This document shows, piece after piece, positions 60,073 to 64,000 of a stretch of DNA of 64,000 bases. Origin of the DNA: an uncultured virus (IMG/VR IMGVR_UViG_3300050513_000092) (taxonomy: Duplodnaviria; Heunggongvirae; Uroviricota; Caudoviricetes); IMG/VR virus record IMGVR_UViG_3300050513_000092; one strand, 5' to 3'. The first letter of the stretch is position 1; the number at the start of each line of letters is the position of its first letter. The position numbers were made by a program, and so were the translations under genes. A model generated the notes under the pieces. That model was given only the letters and a program-made list of their open reading frames with translations. It was not told where the DNA came from and did no database searches.

Positions 60073-61136
60073 ACCAGCTCCTCTGCCACCTGGTTGACGG
60101 CCTGGACCACGGTAGACACGTCGGCGTCAGAAAGGCCGGGATGGACGGGGATCGACAGGATCTCGTCGCAGAGCTGCTCGGTCACCGGGAAATGCTCGTA
60201 ATGCTCGAACGGCGGTTGGCGATGGAGCGGGATCGGGTAGTGGATGCCCGTCTGCACGCCCAGCGCGAGCAGCCGCTTCGCGAAGCGATCCCGATGAGGG
60301 ACGCGAATCACGTACTGGTGGTAGACATGGAGGTTGTACTTCTTCACGAACGGTACGGGGACGTGGAGCTCGGCGTTGTAGATCTTCGCGATCTCGATTC
60401 GCCTGCTGGTGAAGCGGGCTAGCTTAGCGAGCTGGGCGAGGCCGATGGCGGCCTGGATGTCGGTCATGCGGGCGTTGAACCCAACCGCCTCTGATCGATA
60501 GCGCTTCCGCTCGCCGTGGGAACGGAGCAGGCGGACACGGGTGGCGAGGACCGAATCCGGCGTCGTGAGCATGCCGCCTTCACCAGTCGTCATGTTCTTG
60601 GTGGCATAGAAGCTGAACGTGCCGCCCATTCCCCAGGTGCCGCTCATCTTGAAGCCCGACATGGCACCGTGGGCCTGCGAGGCGTCCTCGAGCAGGGCGA
60701 TGCCGCGCATGTCCGCAATGCTCGCTAGGGCAGGCATATCTGCGGGCTGTCCGTACAGGCTGACGGGCAGGATGACCCGCGTCTGTTTGGTGATGGCGGC
60801 CTCGACCAGATTGGGGTCGAGGCAGAATGTCTTCTCGTCGACGTCGACGAACACCGGGGTTGCCCCGGCTAGGTCGATGGCGGACGCCGTGGCGATGAAG
60901 CTGAGCGGCGTAGTGATGACCTCATCGCCCGGGCGAAGGCCGAGCGCCAGGAGCGTCAGGTGTAACGCCGAGGTGCCGTTGCTGAGCGCGACCGCGAAGG
61001 TCGAGTCGATGTATGCCGCGAAACGACGCTCGAACTCGGCCACGACGTCCCCCTGGGCGAGGTGCCCGGAGTTGAGGACCGCGGCTACCGCGGCCTTCTC
61101 CTCCTCGCCCATAAGGGGCTTGGAGATGGGGATCAC
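60069..61136 (-). CDS. DegT/DnrJ/EryC1/StrS PLP-dependent sugar aminotransferase (WbpE/GnnB-like)
   Basis: SNGTSALH, EDASQAHG and SFYATKNMTTGEGG motifs; GTG start MIPISKP. Confidence 0.95.
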   Translation of the reverse strand: MIPISKPLMGEEEKAAVAAVLNSGHLAQGDVVAEFERRFAAYIDSTFAVALSNGTSALHLTLLALGLRPGDEVITTPLSFIATASAIDLAGATPVFVDVDEKTFCLDPNLVEAAITKQTRVILPVSLYGQPADMPALASIADMRGIALLEDASQAHGAMSGFKMSGTWGMGGTFSFYATKNMTTGEGGMLTTPDSVLATRVRLLRSHGERKRYRSEAVGFNARMTDIQAAIGLAQLAKLARFTSRRIEIAKIYNAELHVPVPFVKKYNLHVYHQYVIRVPHRDRFAKRLLALGVQTGIHYPIPLHRQPPFEHYEHFPVTEQLCDEILSIPVHPGLSDADVSTVVQAVNQVAEELV

Positions 61137-61159
61137 GGCAGCGGTATCGTCGGGCCGAT

Positions 61160-61912
61160 CTAGTGGATCACCTGGGCCAGCAGGTAGAAGGCGACGCCGA
61201 TCGCCCACCACTTCGGGCTGAAGACACCCAGGCTGATGCCGAGCCCCTCGAAGATGAAGCAGGCAGCGGCGGCCAGAATGAGAAGAAACGATGCGCTCAT
61301 GTGTTCAGCACGGCCTCCATGATCTCGTCGAATGTGGGGGTCTCGTCGGGCAGCATGACTGCCATCGAAACCAAATACGCCGCGAAGGTTAGCGCTTCGA
61401 TCTTGGACAGCACCCTCGTCGGCGGGAACAGGACGACGATCGCCCCACCCTTCACGCCGACCATGTAGCGGTTAGCTGTATCGATCTCAGGCACGGAAGC
61501 AGTTCTCGCATCGGTTGGTGTAGCCGCTCAGCGAGGTCCCCTCATCGAGCTCGATCACGTTGCCCGCCTTGCGAGCCGCGTCGATGTTGTCCTTCTCGAG
61601 CGTGAAGACACCAGAGTCATCCTCCCAGCCGCGATGCAGCTTGTCTCCGACGAGGAAGAAGACCGCGCTGGGGATGGTACGTTCGATGACCACGGAGACC
61701 TCCTAGTGGCAGATGTGGTGGTTGGTGCCGTGGCGGACCTCGCAGTCGCCACAGTATTCCGAGGCGGTGACGGCGATGCAGTCGTCCTGGCAGTGTTGAC
61801 ACAGACAGTCGCGCCCAGGGTGGTAAGCGACGCTCGTGACTCGGATGGAGTCGATGACGCGGACGCCGTCCTCATCGTGTGATCGCAGGACCTCCCCCTG
61901 GACGTGGTACAC
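61160..61912 (-). CDS. Four small genes (61160-61300 TM, 61297-61494, 61487-61693, 61703-61912 Cys-rich)
   Basis: Coupled ORFs. Confidence 0.55.
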
Positions 61913-61918
61913 CTCAGC

Positions 61919-62689
61919 CTAGCCTCCGGTCAACTGCAAGAGGCCCCCGCCATCGATGAAGTCGCCGAGCGTCTTGCCGCCCTTCATCACCAGGTACGGC
62001 ATGAACTCCCGCTCGAGCGTCGTGTCGCCACCGTCGATGAACTCCAGCTTGGCCTTGAGCAGCAGGACGTTGGCGCGCCAGACCCGCCGCGGCATACGCC
62101 CTGAGTCGTAGCTCATGTGCTGCTCCTCATGTCCCTGATGATGCTCAGGATGCGGTCCACAGTGAATGGACCACTGATCTCGTTGATCTGCTTGTCGATC
62201 TCATCCAGCACGCGAGCCCGTTCATCCTTAGCCGACTCACGGATCACGATGCGGATGGAGTTCCACAACTCACCGAGTGCGAGTCGCTCGATCTCCATCT
62301 TCATCTGACGATCCCAATGCTCGGGAGTCATAGGCTTCCGCAAAGGATCGTTTTGTTGCGTCATGCCAAGGCGTCCTTCGACCGCTTCCACAAGCAGCCC
62401 TCGCGGTGCTCACCGCTGTTCATGTCGGGCGTGTCGTCCCACCACTCAGCGACCACACTCGGATCGAGTCGGACGTAGGGCTGCGTGGCGTAGCACGAGT
62501 AGCAGACCCACGGATCGTCGTCGGTCTGCACCAACCCGTCTCCGGGTGTAGCCCGCTCCCACGGGTTGTCCGCGGCTCGGTGGCCCACGCCATCCGCATG
62601 CAGCCGTGTTTGGTCAGGATGCCGCCGATCTCTCCGCGGCTACTCTCGACCGACACCTTCGTCCCCTCGGCGAACCGGACGGCTCTCAC
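61919..62689 (-). pseudogene. Conserved phage hypothetical gene split by a 483-bp intervening segment
   Basis: N-half RFAEGTKVSVESSRGEI...KHG and C-half RRVWRANVLLLKAKLEF...EREF flank two unrelated ORFs (62113-62364, 62361-62588). Confidence 0.55.
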
Positions 62690-63540
62690 AGCTTCTCCTT
62701 GGCTGGCTGTCTGATGAAGGATGCGTATAGCAGCCTGAGCCTGTCGACTGCGCGGACCTCGCCATAGACGTTGACCTCCTCAACGACACCGCCCCACCCG
62801 ACCTCCAGGTCGACGTCCCCGACGAGCCGACCGTCTTCCAGACGCAAGTTGGAGACGGTTGCGACAGGCTGGTGGAAGTCATTCCCCATCAGGAGTGGGT
62901 ACGAGCCCTGATGAACCACTCCCGCTGGATCGACGGCATCGCGATCAGGATCAGCGAGGAGCTGCTCCGCGATGGTGGGGAAGATGATGATCTTCATCCC
63001 GCCGCCCCTGTCAGATACGTGAGCGCGCCCTCGAGAACAAAGCACTCCTTGGGATGCTCGACCCGTAGGTGCTGCCCGAACTTGAGCATGGCCTCGGCGA
63101 GGTCCCCTTCGGTATAGCCGAAGGCCCAGTGGGGCGGTTTCCGCTCCTTGTCCCATGGACGGGTTTCGCTGAATGGACACTCGACAGATCGCTGGTTCAT
63201 CGGAGCACCCTGTCGAGGAAGGCGACGATGGGGGTCAGGTGGAACAGGATGTAGATCAGCAGGAGCGTGAAGACGGCTTCGGTGGCGCAGCCTCCGACCG
63301 AATGGCTGTGGTCGCTCATCGTGGAGCCTCGTCGCAGACCACGCACTCGCTCACGACGCGAAGCGACTCGACCGAGCCATCAGGGCGCATCACGGTTCTC
63401 AGCGTCGGCAGGTAGGTGTGGATCCCGATTAGGTGCTTCAGCCGCGCGGTCAGGTTGATCGGCACTCGCCGCCAGGGCGGCACGCGTATCAGCTTCGCGG
63501 CGGCGCTCAGCGAGATAGAGCCGCTGCTCTTCTCGGTCAT
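62686..63540 (-). CDS. Four small genes (62686-62997, 62994-63200, 63197-63319, 63316-63540)
   Basis: Coupled ORFs. Confidence 0.5.
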
Positions 63541-63962
63541 TTCCTGCTGGCCCAGTAAGCGTTAGCCCTGACGCGGCCTAGCTCACTCCATCGTTCAGGG
63601 TCGGTTTGCCAAGCAGCTCGTCCCCTAGAAATCATGTCTCGCATGTTGTCCGCGATCGTCCCTTCCGTTAGATGGTCCGGCCTGACGCAGGGCGGGTTGT
63701 CACAGGAATGAAGCACCTGAGCGATGGGCCAGCGGCCCCGGGTGAGGGCAAATGCAACGTGGCTGGCCTGTATTGTCGTGCCCCGAATCCCAAGATGGCC
63801 GTAGCCGCCCTTTGTCCGAGCACCTGTCCATACCCAGCACCCGTCACTCTCCTCCACCCGGCTCCAGAAGTTCACGCTCGCGGCGTCTTTCACGGAGATA
63901 GGCTCTCTCTTCCTCGCGATGCGAAGTGTTCCAGCAGTAGCCAGCTTTGAGTCCTCGTTCAT
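63537..63962 (-). CDS. HNH homing-type endonuclease (HNH_3)
   Basis: FWSRV..SDGCWVWTG...GYG...VLHSCDNPPCVRPDHL..GT..DNMRDM..RGR. Confidence 0.92.
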   Translation of the reverse strand: MNEDSKLATAGTLRIARKREPISVKDAASVNFWSRVEESDGCWVWTGARTKGGYGHLGIRGTTIQASHVAFALTRGRWPIAQVLHSCDNPPCVRPDHLTEGTIADNMRDMISRGRAAWQTDPERWSELGRVRANAYWASRK

Positions 63963-64000
63963 CGTGGGTAGCGCAGAGGGCGATGAGGTGTTCTTCGTCA

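Noticed and set aside
59119..61136. Host LPS locus contamination
   Set aside because: The two genes overlap each other and the phage HNH gene by 4 nt and are flanked by phage-type small ORFs, so they are integral to the phage.
1..64000. Prophage boundaries, integrase, or stop-codon reassignment
   Set aside because: No host housekeeping genes, att site or recombinase were seen. Core genes are intact in the standard code and TAA, TAG and TGA all terminate genes.

Overview
High-GC tailed (siphovirus-like) bacteriophage genome segment; the host cannot be determined from sequence alone. No integrase, tRNA, rRNA, CRISPR array or reverse transcriptase was seen. Layout: (1) 1-15262, minus strand: an early/accessory arm of about 45 small, tightly coupled genes (RecB-like nuclease running off the left edge, RadC/JAB, DUF932), with structured intergenic leaders. 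(2) 15400-15560: divergent control region with seven TGYYGACAC repeats. (3) 15588-22168, plus strand: accessory genes including a Phd-like protein, a thermonuclease, an array of genes built from constant in-frame 27-35 nt repeats that bracket unrelated variable domains (17168-19653), an RlpA-like protein and an M23 peptidase. (4) 22282-56896: QueD, ParB-like, terminases, portal, acetyltransferase, two glycosyltransferases, protease/scaffold, capsid, decoration/fibre proteins, a secreted GH16, neck and tail genes with a -1 frameshifted chaperone, tape measure, duplicated tail-tip proteins and holin-like genes. (5) 56893-64000, minus strand: LexA-like HTH, sigma-region-4-like regulator, SLOG, RusA, HNH, a Gfo/Idh/MocA + DegT amino-sugar pair and a split gene. 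The best candidates for an undescribed system are the repeat-delimited domain-cassette array and a phage-encoded amino-sugar synthesis plus virion glycosylation pathway. All family calls come from motif recognition by eye, not database searches.
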